A stretch of 64,000 nucleotides of DNA from Clostridia bacterium (lineage in GTDB: Bacteria > Bacillota > Clostridia > Christensenellales > CAG-138): contig JAUNBH010000001.1 in the NCBI GenBank assembly GCA_030527165.1, forward strand, positions 30,698-94,697. Reading direction: 5' to 3'. Shown in pieces: positions 52,315 through 62,279 of the stretch; position 1 is the stretch's first letter, and each line of letters opens with the position of its first letter. A program made the translations under genes and the position numbers. The notes below the pieces were generated by a model, which was not told where the DNA came from, did no database searches, and was given only the letters and a program-made list of their open reading frames with translations.

Positions 52315-52557
52315 ATGAGACTGGACAAGTACTTGAAGGTATCGCGCATAATCAAGCGGAGGACCGTGGCCAACGAGGCGTGCGACGCGGGCAGAGTGAG
52401 CGTCAACGGCAAGGCGGCGAAGCCCTCCGCGGAGGTTGCCGTGGGCGATGTGTTGGAGATACGCATGGGCGCGCGGCTGCTGAGGGTGCGCGTAACTAAT
52501 ACTTCAGAGCATGCCACAAAGGCGAGCGCTGCGGATATGTACGAGGCGCTCCCGTGA
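52315..52557 (+). CDS. rqcP: S4-domain RNA-binding protein RqcP/YabO (Hsp15-like ribosome quality control factor)
   Basis: 80 aa. MRLDKYLKVSRIIKRRTVANEACDAGRVSVNGKAAKPS closely parallels my recollection of B. subtilis YabO. Confidence 0.88.
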   Translation: MRLDKYLKVSRIIKRRTVANEACDAGRVSVNGKAAKPSAEVAVGDVLEIRMGARLLRVRVTNTSEHATKASAADMYEALP

Positions 52558-53705
52558 GCGCGCACGAGTTTGCGGCGGTGCTCTTGGCGGCAGGCGGCGG
52601 GACGCGCATGGGCGGCGGCAAGCTGCTCGCGCGTTTTGCGGGCAAAACGCCGTTGGAGCTCTGCCTGGAGGCGTTTGAGGACATGCCCGTGGTGGTGGTC
52701 GCAGCTCCCGAGCTGTTGGAGCACGCCCGCAGCGCGTGCGCAGCGCACGGCGCAGACTCCAGAGTGGTGACGGGCGCGGACACGCGCCAGGGGTCCGCAC
52801 TGTGCGGCCTCAGGGCGCTGTGGGATGACGTAGATTACGTCATGCTGCACGATGCGGCGCGCTGTCTCATAGATGTGCAGACCGTGAGGCGCTTGGCGGC
52901 GCATGCGCGGGAGCACGGCTGCGCCGTGGCGTGCGCGCCTTGCAGGGACACCGTGCGCGACGCTCAGACCGGCGCGGCGCTCGACAGATCAAGGCTGCTG
53001 CTGATGCAGACGCCCCAGGTGTTCAAGTACAGGGATATACTGGCGGCGCACGAGCGCTTTGCGGGTGAGAAGGACGCGCCGGATGACGCGGAGCTTTACG
53101 CGCGCGCGGGCGGAGTGCTGAGTTATGTCGAGTGCGCGCCGACCAACGCAAAGCTCACATATCCCGCCGACCGGGAGCTGTTCGACGCCGTCGCATGGCA
53201 CAGGCGCGCAGGTGCGGAGGCGGGCGTGAGAGTTGGTTACGGCGAGGACACGCACAGGTACGCAGAGGGGCGCGAGTTGGTGTTGGGCGGAGTCAGCATA
53301 GCTTACCGCATGGGGCTCTTGGGGCATTCCGACGCGGATGCGCTGACCCACGCGGTGACGGACGCGCTGCTCGGCGCGGCGGCGCTGGGCGACATAGGCG
53401 CGCACTTTCCGGACACAGACAGCGCATACGAGGGCTGCCGCTCGCTGGAGCTGTTGGCTCGCGCCGGCGAAATGCTTGGAGAATGCGGCTGGAGGGTCGC
53501 AAACGTAGATGCTACGGTAGTGGCGCAGGAACCGAAACTCGCGCCGCACATAGGCTCCATGCGCGCGAATATTGCGCGCGCTCTGGGCGTGGATGCGCAG
53601 GCGGTCAGCGTCAAAGCGACTACGCCGGAGTGGACGGGGCCGGAGGGCAGGCTGGAATGCGTGACCGCGCGGGCGGTGGCGTCGATAGCGCCATCGCGCA
53701 TATAA
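52554..53705 (+). CDS. ispDF: Bifunctional IspD/IspF (MEP cytidylyltransferase / MEcPP synthase)
   Basis: 383 aa. The N-half has AAGGGTRMG (IspD P-loop). The C-half has RVGYGEDTHRY..LGHSDADALTHA..GDIGAHFPDTD (IspF). The GTG start overlaps the rqcP stop (GTGA). Confidence 0.9.
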   Translation: MSAHEFAAVLLAAGGGTRMGGGKLLARFAGKTPLELCLEAFEDMPVVVVAAPELLEHARSACAAHGADSRVVTGADTRQGSALCGLRALWDDVDYVMLHDAARCLIDVQTVRRLAAHAREHGCAVACAPCRDTVRDAQTGAALDRSRLLLMQTPQVFKYRDILAAHERFAGEKDAPDDAELYARAGGVLSYVECAPTNAKLTYPADRELFDAVAWHRRAGAEAGVRVGYGEDTHRYAEGRELVLGGVSIAYRMGLLGHSDADALTHAVTDALLGAAALGDIGAHFPDTDSAYEGCRSLELLARAGEMLGECGWRVANVDATVVAQEPKLAPHIGSMRANIARALGVDAQAVSVKATTPEWTGPEGRLECVTARAVASIAPSRI

Positions 53706-53747
53706 TCGGCGGTCTGAGCAGTATAATTCAGATAGACTGCGCCGTAG

Positions 53748-53776
53748 TTGCGAAAAATGCGGTGTTGAGTTAAAAT
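53748..53776 (+). promoter_or_regulatory. Candidate promoter for the asp23-DAK2-recG unit (TTGCGA-17 nt-TAAAAT)
   Basis: Consensus-like boxes at 53748-53753 and 53771-53776. Confidence 0.35.
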
Positions 53777-53841
53777 AAAGTGATGCTCTGTACGCTTCCG
53801 GGAGGAGCGCTCGACGCACAAATAAAACGAGGAGGATCGAA

Positions 53842-54198
53842 ATGCCGGGGATTATTCAAACCGATATGGGAATGGTCGCCATAAGCGAGGACGTCATAGC
53901 GGCCTTGGTGGGCTACGCTGCCGGTGAAAATTTTGGCATCGTGGGCATGCGCGGCAAGACTGCGAAGGATGCGCTCATACAGTTTGCGGGCGGAACGAAC
54001 CACAAGCGGGGTGTAAAGGTCACGTCGCTTGAGGGCGGCGCCGCAGTGGACATAGACGTATTCGTCACCGTTGCATACGGCGTATCCATCGCGGCGGTAG
54101 GCAAGAACACGATAGAGACGGTTCGCTACCGCGTAGAGGAGGCGACGGGGCTTCGGGTGAACCACGTCGCGGTGCATGTAGAGGGAATAAGGGTTTAG
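53842..54198 (+). CDS. Asp23/Gls24 family envelope stress protein (YloU-like)
   Basis: 118 aa. ISEDVIAALVGYAAGENFGIVGM... is typical of Asp23. GAGGAGGA RBS. Confidence 0.88.
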   Translation: MPGIIQTDMGMVAISEDVIAALVGYAAGENFGIVGMRGKTAKDALIQFAGGTNHKRGVKVTSLEGGAAVDIDVFVTVAYGVSIAAVGKNTIETVRYRVEEATGLRVNHVAVHVEGIRV

Positions 54199-54283
54199 CG
54201 GACGGCAAACCGTGCATGGGCGGGCAACTTAGGCGCGCCTGAGGCTTGCCTCGCCCACAGAAGAGTCACAGGAGGGAAGAAAA

Positions 54284-55927
54284 TTGGAACAACTGACAAT
54301 CAGCGGCGCCATGCTCCGTAGCATGTTGACTACGGGAGCGGTACTGCTGGAACGCGACAGGGCGTATATCGACTCGCTCAACGTCTTTCCGGTTCCAGAT
54401 GGCGATACGGGCACCAATATGCACATGACGATGCAGAGCGCGGTCAAGGAGCTCAACGGATGCGTTTCCGACAGAGCGGGAGACATAGCCGCCGCCGTAT
54501 CATTGGGCGCCCTCAAAGGGGCGCGGGGTAACTCAGGAGTGATACTGTCGCAGCTTTGGCGCGGTTTTGCGAGTGCGCTAAAGGACTGCGACGACATAGA
54601 CGCGCATCTGTTGGCGGAGGCGATGAAGCGAGGCTCGGAGGCGGCGTACAAAGCGGTCATGCGCCCAAAGGAGGGCACCATACTGACCGTAGTGCGCATG
54701 ATGAGCGAAGGCATGCAGAGCTTTGACGCAGCTAATCCGGATGCGACCGTCGAGGAGATGCTGGATAAAATGCTCGAGGTTGGCGAGCAGGCGTTGAGCA
54801 TAACGCCGCAGCTGCTCCCCGTGCTCAAGGAGGCGGGCGTAATCGACTCCGGCGGCAAGGGGCTGCTCACGATACTCAGGGGATTTAAGATGGCTGCGGA
54901 GGGCGAGGAGCTCGAGACCATAATACCGCGTGAGGCCGATGGCGCGGCGGAACTGTTTGAGGACCATCTGACGCTGGAAGACGTAAACGCTATCGAATTT
55001 GGCTATTGTACGGAATTTTTCATTATTAATCTTGTCGATACGTTTTCGGAAACCGCGTTGGAGAGGTTCAGGAACAAGTTGGTCGCCATTGGCGATTCGG
55101 TAGTCGTGGCGAGCGACACGGGTTTTGTAAAGGTGCATGTGCATTCCAACTGCCCCGGCAGGATATTGCAGTCCGCGCTGATGCTGGGCGAGGTAGACCG
55201 GGTAAAGATTGAAAACATGCGCGAACAGAATCGTGAGATACAGCGCAAGCTCAAGGAGAGCGAGCGGGAGATAGGGCTCGTGGCGGTTGCGGCGGGTGAC
55301 GGACTGCGCGCCGTGTTCAAGGACTTGGGCGCAGGAGCGATAGTTGAGGGCGGCCAGACCATGAACCCGAGCATCGACACGATACTCAAGGCGATACGCA
55401 AGGTCAACGCGCGCACCGTGTTCGTGCTGCCCAACAACTCCAACATAATACTCGCGGCGCAGCAGGCGGCGGAGCACTCCGACCGCAATGTAATAGTCGT
55501 CCCCACCAAGACCATACTGGAGGGCATTGCCTCCGCGATGGCGTTCAACCCGGATGCGGACGTCGAGAGCGTGCGCAGGGAGATGGAGTCCTGCTACGGA
55601 GAGGTGCTCTCCGGCTCCGTGACGTATGCCGTCAGGTCCACCGTCTTTAGGGGCAGGACCATAAAAGAGGGCGACATAATGGGTTTGCTCGGCGGCGAGA
55701 TCGAGACCGTGGGCGACGACGTGCAGGACGCGAGCATGGCGCTCATACGCTCAATGATTGAGAGGAAGTCGAGCGACGCGATAGTCACCGTGTTTTACGG
55801 CGAGGACGTCACGCGTGAGATGGCGGAGGCGCTCGTGCGCACGCTGAGCGAGGAGTATCCGGATGCGGAGTTCATAGTCCAGCAGGGCGGTCAGCCACTG
55901 TACTTCTACTACGTTTCTGTCGAGTGA
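54284..55927 (+). CDS. DAK2 (DhaL) domain protein, YloV/FakA-like fatty acid kinase subunit
   Basis: 547 aa. N-terminal DhaL motif LNVFPVPDGDTGTNM. YloU-YloV-RecG synteny as in Bacillus. TTG start with an AGGAGGG RBS. Confidence 0.88.
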   Translation: MEQLTISGAMLRSMLTTGAVLLERDRAYIDSLNVFPVPDGDTGTNMHMTMQSAVKELNGCVSDRAGDIAAAVSLGALKGARGNSGVILSQLWRGFASALKDCDDIDAHLLAEAMKRGSEAAYKAVMRPKEGTILTVVRMMSEGMQSFDAANPDATVEEMLDKMLEVGEQALSITPQLLPVLKEAGVIDSGGKGLLTILRGFKMAAEGEELETIIPREADGAAELFEDHLTLEDVNAIEFGYCTEFFIINLVDTFSETALERFRNKLVAIGDSVVVASDTGFVKVHVHSNCPGRILQSALMLGEVDRVKIENMREQNREIQRKLKESEREIGLVAVAAGDGLRAVFKDLGAGAIVEGGQTMNPSIDTILKAIRKVNARTVFVLPNNSNIILAAQQAAEHSDRNVIVVPTKTILEGIASAMAFNPDADVESVRREMESCYGEVLSGSVTYAVRSTVFRGRTIKEGDIMGLLGGEIETVGDDVQDASMALIRSMIERKSSDAIVTVFYGEDVTREMAEALVRTLSEEYPDAEFIVQQGGQPLYFYYVSVE

Positions 55928-57942
55928 TGAGCGATTCGGAGCTGACCAAAGTCAAGGGAATCGGCCCGGCCAAGGCGGAGAAATTCGCAAGGCTGGGCCT
56001 TGTCACGTTGCGGGATGCGTTGGAGTACGCGCCGCGGGACTACATAGACCTGACCGATATACGGCATGTTGCCGACTTGAGGGACGGCGACGCGGCGGCG
56101 GTGCGCGTCACGATAGACAGGCCGCCGCAGCTGCTGCGCACGCGGCGTTCGATGACCATGGTGTCGATTCGCGCACACGACGACACGGGTAAACTGGGTA
56201 TAAACTACTTCAACCAGTCGTACAGGGCGAACCAGTTCAGCGCGGGCGAGCGGATAGTGTTTTATGGACGGGTGTCGACAAAGCGGGGCGTTTCAATGGC
56301 GAACCCAATGGCGATACGCGGTTCGGAGGAGGGCATACTGCCCGTATACGCCGTTACGGCGGGCATCTCCCAGGGCAATATGCGCGACGTCATGTCGTAC
56401 GCGATAGGCGCGCTGGGCGGCTCGCTCGCGGAGCCGCTGCCGGATGCGCTGCGCGCAAAGTATTCCCTCTGCGGCCTGCGCGAGGCTATCGAGGGCATAC
56501 ACTTTCCCAAGGGCCGGCAGGCGCTGGCGGAGGCGTGCAGGCGATTCGACTTCGAGCGCTGCTTGGCGTACTTCTATCTGTCGTCGCGCATGGGCAAGGC
56601 GAGAGCGGGGGCGGGGACGCCGCTTGACGTTTCCGGCCTAATCGGGCGCTTCAGGCTGCTGCTGCCGTTTGAACTCACCGGAGCGCAGCTGAGAGCAGTT
56701 GAGGAGACTGCGCGCGACCTGTCCTCCGGCCGGGCGATGAGCAGGCTCGTACAGGGTGATGTGGGCTGCGGCAAGACGGTCGTAGCGCTGTTTACTATGT
56801 ACGCCGCCGTCGAAAACGGCAAGCAGGCGGTAATACTCGCGCCCACGGAGATACTCGCGCAGCAGCATTATGAGCAGCTAAATACCGTTTTCGGCGCGCG
56901 CGCGTGCTTGCTGACGGGCTCCATGCGGGCGGGCGAGCGGCGCGAGCGGCTGGAGGGAATACGCAGCGGCAGGTACATGGCGATAGCCGGCACTCACGCG
57001 CTGCTCCAGGAGCGCGTTGAGTATGCGGAGCTGTGCGCGATAGTGACGGACGAGCAGCATCGCTTCGGCGTGGCGCAGCGCGCGGCCATGGTGGGCAAGG
57101 GGCGCGCTCCGCATGTGCTCGTGATGTCCGCTACGCCAATACCGAGGACTTTGGCGCTGATACTGTATGGCGACTTGGACGTATCTGTGATAGACGAGCT
57201 GCCGCCGGGGCGCAAACCGGTAAAGACGCATGTCGTGCGCGGCGGCAAGCGGAGCTCCATGTACGGCTTTATAGACGCTCTGGCGGCGAAGGGCGGGCAG
57301 ACGTACGTCGTGTGTCCGGCAATAGACGATACGGGTGCGCTCGCGGGCGTAAGAAGCGCGGACGAGGTGTACCGCGAGCTCAAGGCGGAGCTGCAGGCGC
57401 CGGTGGCGTTGCTGCACGGCAGGCTCAAGCCGGATGATAAGCGCGAGGCCTTGGAGCGCTTCAGGCGCGGCGAGGTCAAGGTGCTGGTCTCGACCACTGT
57501 AATAGAAGTTGGCGTGGACGTGCGCGCGGCAAATGCCATAGTCGTGGAGAACGCCGAGCGCTTTGGCTTGGCGCAGCTGCACCAGTTGCGCGGCAGGGTT
57601 GGCAGAGGCGGCGGGGAAGCTTACTGTTTTCTCATGTGCGACGAGGGGAGCGCAGATGCATTGGAGCGCCTGCGACTGCTTGCGTCCACCGCGGACGGAT
57701 TTGAGATAGCCCGCTACGATTTGGAACGGCGGGGCCCGGGGGAGTTTTTGGGCGTCAGGCAGCATGGCCGCGCGGACTCGTCCTGGAGCATGCACGATTT
57801 GGACGTGCGCACCGTAAAGGAAGCGCGCGATTGCATAGGATACATATTGTCCAACGCGGCGCTGTACGATGATATGCGGCCGCATCTCGAAGCACTGGCG
57901 GAGCGGCTCACCGCGGCAAACGGCGGCATTGCATTTAATTGA
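55927..57942 (+). CDS. recG: ATP-dependent DNA helicase RecG
   Basis: N-terminal wedge domain, helicase motifs GDVGCGKT and DEQHRFG, and a TRG-like region. The ATG overlaps the upstream stop (TGATG); the GTG at 55924 is an alternative. Confidence 0.95.
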   Translation: MSDSELTKVKGIGPAKAEKFARLGLVTLRDALEYAPRDYIDLTDIRHVADLRDGDAAAVRVTIDRPPQLLRTRRSMTMVSIRAHDDTGKLGINYFNQSYRANQFSAGERIVFYGRVSTKRGVSMANPMAIRGSEEGILPVYAVTAGISQGNMRDVMSYAIGALGGSLAEPLPDALRAKYSLCGLREAIEGIHFPKGRQALAEACRRFDFERCLAYFYLSSRMGKARAGAGTPLDVSGLIGRFRLLLPFELTGAQLRAVEETARDLSSGRAMSRLVQGDVGCGKTVVALFTMYAAVENGKQAVILAPTEILAQQHYEQLNTVFGARACLLTGSMRAGERRERLEGIRSGRYMAIAGTHALLQERVEYAELCAIVTDEQHRFGVAQRAAMVGKGRAPHVLVMSATPIPRTLALILYGDLDVSVIDELPPGRKPVKTHVVRGGKRSSMYGFIDALAAKGGQTYVVCPAIDDTGALAGVRSADEVYRELKAELQAPVALLHGRLKPDDKREALERFRRGEVKVLVSTTVIEVGVDVRAANAIVVENAERFGLAQLHQLRGRVGRGGGEAYCFLMCDEGSADALERLRLLASTADGFEIARYDLERRGPGEFLGVRQHGRADSSWSMHDLDVRTVKEARDCIGYILSNAALYDDMRPHLEALAERLTAANGGIAFN

Positions 57943-58087
57943 GCGCAGCGATTACAAGCATTTTTTGTATTTTTTACTCACAATTTCCGCAAATAAAAAC
58001 ATGAAAATGCAACAAATTATTAGTGTCGAAGCGGACACTTCTGTTTCGACTGAGCAGTTGCTCAAGATAAACAAGGAGGTGAAAACG

Positions 58088-58282
58088 ATGGCACGAAATG
58101 GCGCGTTGGTTCCCCAGGCTAAGCAGGCGCTCGAATCCCTGAAGATGGAAGCGGCTAACTCCATGAACGTCAACCTTAAGCAGGGCTATAACGGCGAGTT
58201 GACTTCACGCGAGGCCGGTTCAGTCGGTGGCGAAATGGTCAAGAGAATGATTGCTTATGCGCAGCAGAACATGCAGAAATAA
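58088..58282 (+). CDS. Small acid-soluble spore protein, alpha/beta type
   Basis: 64 aa. LKMEAANSMNV...REAGSVGGEMVKRMI is the conserved alpha/beta SASP signature. AAGGAGGTG RBS. The 57869 start in the track is spurious. Confidence 0.92.
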   Translation: MARNGALVPQAKQALESLKMEAANSMNVNLKQGYNGELTSREAGSVGGEMVKRMIAYAQQNMQK

Positions 58283-58416
58283 GTACTGCGAGACGAGTCG
58301 GCAAGTATGCGATACGATGATGCGCTGACCCTGCACGGGTAGATAAAGGCATCAGGCACACATTTGGACAAGCCGACAGACTTGCGCAAACGAAACGAAA
58401 TGAAAGGAGAAAAACC

Positions 58417-58629
58417 ATGACTAACAGTGGAAGCAATAATAAGAACAAGGCTATGCTGCAGAACCTCAAGACGGAAGCGGCTAACTCCGTAAACGTCAAC
58501 CTCAAGCAGGATTACAACGGTGATCTGACTGCGCGCGAGGCGGGCTCAGTTGGCGGCGAGATGGTCAAGCGGATGATTGCTTACGCCGAGCAGAACATGA
58601 ACGGCGGCAACAGCGGCAACAACAACTGA
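58417..58629 (+). CDS. Small acid-soluble spore protein, alpha/beta type (second copy, with Asn/Gly/Ser-rich tails)
   Basis: 70 aa. LKTEAANSVNV...REAGSVGGEMVKRMI. AAGGAGA RBS. Confidence 0.92.
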   Translation: MTNSGSNNKNKAMLQNLKTEAANSVNVNLKQDYNGDLTAREAGSVGGEMVKRMIAYAEQNMNGGNSGNNN

Positions 58630-58649
58630 GAAGACTTCCGATAACACGG

Positions 58650-58684
58650 GGAGAGCCGCGCCGGCGCAGCCGGCGCGGCTCTCC
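58650..58684. terminator. 16-bp perfect GC-rich hairpin between the convergent SASP and ricT genes (possible bidirectional terminator)
   Basis: GGAGAGCCGCGCCGGC-gca-GCCGGCGCGGCTCTCC. There is no clear U-tract on either side. Confidence 0.45.
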
Positions 58685-58708
58685 TGCGCGATTCGCTGCC
58701 GCAGCGCG

Positions 58709-59524
58709 CTATTCGAGCTTGGTGAGCTCGTTATACGGGTACTCGCGTATGTCGGGCGTGCCGTCGCTCACGGTGACTTTGACCTTTGTGCGCTCCGTGA
58801 GCACGTTGTTATCCAGCACGACGCCGGGGCCGTCTGCGGTTTCCACCTCCGTGCCGACCTTGGGCATGCGCTTGCGCATGCTCTCGTAGCAGTGCTGCTC
58901 GTAGTGGAGACAGCACATCAGCCGTCCGCAGGCGCCGGAGATCTTCGTCGGGCTCAGCGCGAGGTTCTGTTCCTTGGCCATCTTGATAGAAACGGGCTGA
59001 AAGTCCGTGAGGAAGGTTGCGCAGCATATGGGCCTGCCGCAGCAGCCGAGCCCGCCCAACATGCGCGCCACATCGCGCACGCCTATCTGCCGCAGCTCTA
59101 TGCGGGTGCGGAACGTGGCCGCCAAATCCTTCACGAGCTCGCGGAAATCCACTCTGCCGTCCGAAGTGTAGTAGAATGTTATCTTGTTTGCGTCAAACGA
59201 GTACTCTACCAGAGTGAGGTTCATGTCCAGCCGGTGTTCGGCTATCTTGCGGCGGCATATATCAAACGCCTCCGCCTCCTTGGCGGTGTGCAGCGCTTCC
59301 TGCCGCAAGTCCTCCTCCGTGGCGAGGCGGACTATGGACTTGAGGGGCGATGCGAGCTTAGAGTCATCTATCTCCTGCGCGCCGTGTACGCACGTGGCCA
59401 ATTCAAGTCCCTGCGCCGTTTCCACCACGACCCTGTCGCCCGCCTTTATATCCGCTATGCCGTTGGGGGAGAAGAAATACGTCTTGCTGCCCCCGCGAAA
59501 CTTGATTCCGATAGCTTCCTGCAT
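58709..59524 (-). CDS. ricT: PSP1 domain protein RicT/YaaT (stage 0 sporulation / RNase Y maturation complex)
   Basis: 271 aa. GLGCCGRPICCATFL and CGRLMCCLHYE Cys clusters are characteristic of YaaT. It follows holB, as in Bacillus. Confidence 0.9.
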   Translation of the reverse strand: MQEAIGIKFRGGSKTYFFSPNGIADIKAGDRVVVETAQGLELATCVHGAQEIDDSKLASPLKSIVRLATEEDLRQEALHTAKEAEAFDICRRKIAEHRLDMNLTLVEYSFDANKITFYYTSDGRVDFRELVKDLAATFRTRIELRQIGVRDVARMLGGLGCCGRPICCATFLTDFQPVSIKMAKEQNLALSPTKISGACGRLMCCLHYEQHCYESMRKRMPKVGTEVETADGPGVVLDNNVLTERTKVKVTVSDGTPDIREYPYNELTKLE

Positions 59525-59546
59525 GTTTCCTCCGATTTATTCCGTA

Positions 59547-60452
59547 TTATCGCCGGGCTGCGCAGACTATGCGCGTCAGCAGCCAACCGGCGGTATCCTG
59601 TGGTCTTACGTTTGTGCCGAGCCTTCGCGAGGCTTCGACCAACAGCCCAATAATATCGCTAATGGTACCCAAAGTAAAGCGTTTTGCAAGCGTTGCTGCC
59701 ATTCGGTCGCAATTCGCGTCGAGTTGCGCGCCGCTCCTTGAGAGCAGCATGTCCCTTGAGAACACCAGCATGAACTCAAGCGCAGTTCGTGCCGAGTCCC
59801 TGTCGCGCCAGAGCTTGTCCGCAGCTTCAAAGTCCGGACGCAGTTCAAGCGCCGAGCACAGGAGCGAAGTCGTCCGCGCATACAGCTCCATTGCGTCAGC
59901 ATCCGCGAGCATCGCCGCCGCCCTGTCCGGCGCGCCCTGACACGCCCGCTCCAGCATAGATATATTGCCTTCCGTAGCGCCCATGCGCCAGAGCTCCGCG
60001 CGCAGCTCCTGACCGCACAGGGGAGGAATGCGCACCTTGACGCAGCGGGAGCGAACCGTGGGCAGCAAATTCGCCTCGATGCCCGTCAGAAGCAGCACAG
60101 TGTCCTCCGGGGGCTCCTCCAAAGTTTTCAGGAGCGCGTTTTGCAGCATCTCGTTGAGCAGGTGGACGTTCGTTATGAGTATCACCCTGAGCTTGCCCGC
60201 GTAAGAGGACATAGAGAGCTCGCGCTTCAGCCTTACTATATCCGGGCGCGAGAGCGCAGAACCATCAAACTGGGCGAAGTCCGCATAGGTGTCCGGCGAG
60301 CGCTCCGCGTCCGCATAACAAAGCAGACCGGCGGCGCGGCGCAGAAGCCTGTACGCCCTGTCAAAGTCGGGGCAGGAGACGAGGTAGGCGTGAGAGCGGC
60401 GCTGCGAAGCTATAGCTGCCAGAAAGCGGCGCTCTATCGTGTCGACGCTCAT
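59547..60452 (-). CDS. holB: DNA polymerase III subunit delta'
   Basis: 301 aa. HAYLV, NALLKTLEEPP and a sensor region. Synteny is darA-holB-ricT. Confidence 0.88.
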   Translation of the reverse strand: MSVDTIERRFLAAIASQRRSHAYLVSCPDFDRAYRLLRRAAGLLCYADAERSPDTYADFAQFDGSALSRPDIVRLKRELSMSSYAGKLRVILITNVHLLNEMLQNALLKTLEEPPEDTVLLLTGIEANLLPTVRSRCVKVRIPPLCGQELRAELWRMGATEGNISMLERACQGAPDRAAAMLADADAMELYARTTSLLCSALELRPDFEAADKLWRDRDSARTALEFMLVFSRDMLLSRSGAQLDANCDRMAATLAKRFTLGTISDIIGLLVEASRRLGTNVRPQDTAGWLLTRIVCAARR

Positions 60453-60784
60453 CAGAATTTGTGATAGCTCTCGACGTCGAGCACAAACACGGTCGCGCCG
60501 CCGAGCATGACGGGAACGGGCGCGGTAGTGCTGTCCGCAAAGCCGGATCCGGGGTAGGCGGTTGGAATGACCATGAATTCCTTGCGCGTGCTGGACTTGT
60601 GCTTTATGACATCCAGGCAGGCGTCGAGCCGCTCATCCTCCACGCCGATCATTAGGGTCGCGTTGCCTCCGTACAAAAAACCGCCCGTGCTCGCTATCCT
60701 GGTGACGTGAAAGTCGTTCTTCACGAGGTCGCGGAGCACTTTTCTGGCGTCGTCGTTCTGAACAATGGCGAATACGAGTTTCAT
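60452..60784 (-). CDS. darA: Cyclic-di-AMP receptor protein DarA (PII-like, YaaQ/DUF970)
   Basis: 110 aa. MKLVFAIVQNDDA..VTRIASTGGFL..GNATLMIGVED is typical of YaaQ/PstA. The stop overlaps the holB start by 1 nt. Confidence 0.9.
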   Translation of the reverse strand: MKLVFAIVQNDDARKVLRDLVKNDFHVTRIASTGGFLYGGNATLMIGVEDERLDACLDVIKHKSSTRKEFMVIPTAYPGSGFADSTTAPVPVMLGGATVFVLDVESYHKF

Positions 60785-60896
60785 GAGTAAACCTCCTGGG
60801 ATTCAGTGCGCGGCTGGCTTTATTCAGAGCGCGTGCAGCTGCGTCTATGTTACCACATATGCGCGCATGCGCTGATATACGCTTCCGACGACATAA

Positions 60897-62279
60897 TTAT
60901 ATATCAATTCGCGCCTCGACGCAAGCGACTTTGCCGTCATCGACTCCAAATAACGCGCAGCCGAGTTCCCGCAGGCGCAGCAGGTATTCGATATCCTCGC
61001 GCATAAAGACCTCGGATGGGAGCACGACGGCGTTTCCGGGAGGATATGCGCCGACCGGTTGGGCGGCGGTGCGCCCCACCGCGTCCTCCAGTGGCACGCT
61101 TGCGCTGCGGGAGAGCATGGCGCTTCTGAAGTTGAGCGAGCTCGAACGCCGGGCGGGCGGCGGCGGTATGGGCGCCGCATGCGCGCCGCGCGGCAACTCT
61201 GCGAGCGCGCGCAGGAGCATATCGTACCACTCGTCGGGGTCGAGGGGAGATGTAATGAGCACCAGCGTGTTTGCGTCCGCCATTTCCACATACACGTTGC
61301 GCTGCTCAAGCAGCCGCATGGCGGAGAATCCGTCGCACTCCTCGAGCCGTACGCACAGGCGGAGCGGGTCGCGTTCGCAGACCGAGGGTGTGTCGCTGAA
61401 ATCGGGCACAAAGATGCCGTCTATCGCGTTTATGCGCCGGATGACAGACCGAATGCGCTCTAAATGCGCATTCCAATCCAAGGCAGAAGCGCAGTTGACG
61501 GCGTGCTCACACGATGCCATCAGCACATACGAAGGGCTGCTCGTCTGCACCATACGAAGCGCGGCTTGAATGCCGCCGCACAGTCGGGCGGCGGTATGCG
61601 ATACGTTTAGCACCGCGCACTGGGATAGCGCGGGCAACGTCTTGTGCAGGCTCGTGACCCATATGTCCGCGTACTGCGCGGGGGAGGTGAAGCAGTGGGA
61701 AAACGCGTTGTGCGCGCCGTGGGCGCAGTCTATGAGCAGCAGCGCATTTGAACGCCGCACCGCATCGGCCACGCGCGCTATGTCGAAGCAGCGGCCGTAG
61801 TAGTCGGGATAAGTCAGCGCCACGGCGTCAAAGCGCTCTGACGCTAGCGCCTCGGCGACGTCGTTCGCGCATGCGGGAGCGTGTTCGCCATTCGTCCAGC
61901 GGGAGCTCAGTGGAACGCATTGCGCACCGCTGAGCGCAAGTCCGGACACGAACGACCTGTGACAGTCGCGCGCCATGAGCACGCGCGCACCATCGCCGAA
62001 CGCCAGCAGCGCGGCGAGCACGCCCGCCGTGGAGCCGTTCACGAGAATGAAGCTGCGATATGCGCCGAATGCGCGTGCGATGCTGCGCTCCGCCTCTGCG
62101 AGCACGCACTGAGGGTCGTGGAGGTCGTCAGAAAAAGACAGCTCCGTGATGTCTATGGGGAGCGCGGCGTCTGCGGGCGAACCGCATGCGCGTCCCTTGT
62201 GGCCGGGCATATGAAAACGCGCCGAAGCGGCGTCAGCGTACTGAGCGAGCATGGATTGAAGCGGAGCGGTGAGACTCAT
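60897..62279 (-). CDS. Orn/Lys/Arg decarboxylase family PLP enzyme (YaaO-like)
   Basis: 460 aa. The N-terminal FHMPGHKG motif, the SLHKTL PLP-lysine motif and fold-type I features. Confidence 0.85.
   Translation of the reverse strand: MSLTAPLQSMLAQYADAASARFHMPGHKGRACGSPADAALPIDITELSFSDDLHDPQCVLAEAERSIARAFGAYRSFILVNGSTAGVLAALLAFGDGARVLMARDCHRSFVSGLALSGAQCVPLSSRWTNGEHAPACANDVAEALASERFDAVALTYPDYYGRCFDIARVADAVRRSNALLLIDCAHGAHNAFSHCFTSPAQYADIWVTSLHKTLPALSQCAVLNVSHTAARLCGGIQAALRMVQTSSPSYVLMASCEHAVNCASALDWNAHLERIRSVIRRINAIDGIFVPDFSDTPSVCERDPLRLCVRLEECDGFSAMRLLEQRNVYVEMADANTLVLITSPLDPDEWYDMLLRALAELPRGAHAAPIPPPPARRSSSLNFRSAMLSRSASVPLEDAVGRTAAQPVGAYPPGNAVVLPSEVFMREDIEYLLRLRELGCALFGVDDGKVACVEARIDI

Noticed and set aside
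57869-58087. Upstream extension of the first SASP gene (137-aa ORF in the track).
   Set aside because: The alpha/beta-type SASP homology begins at the ATG at 58088, directly after AAGGAGGTG. The upstream part is AT-rich promoter or leader sequence. I looked for a SigG-type promoter there but could not assign -35 and -10 boxes convincingly, so none is reported.
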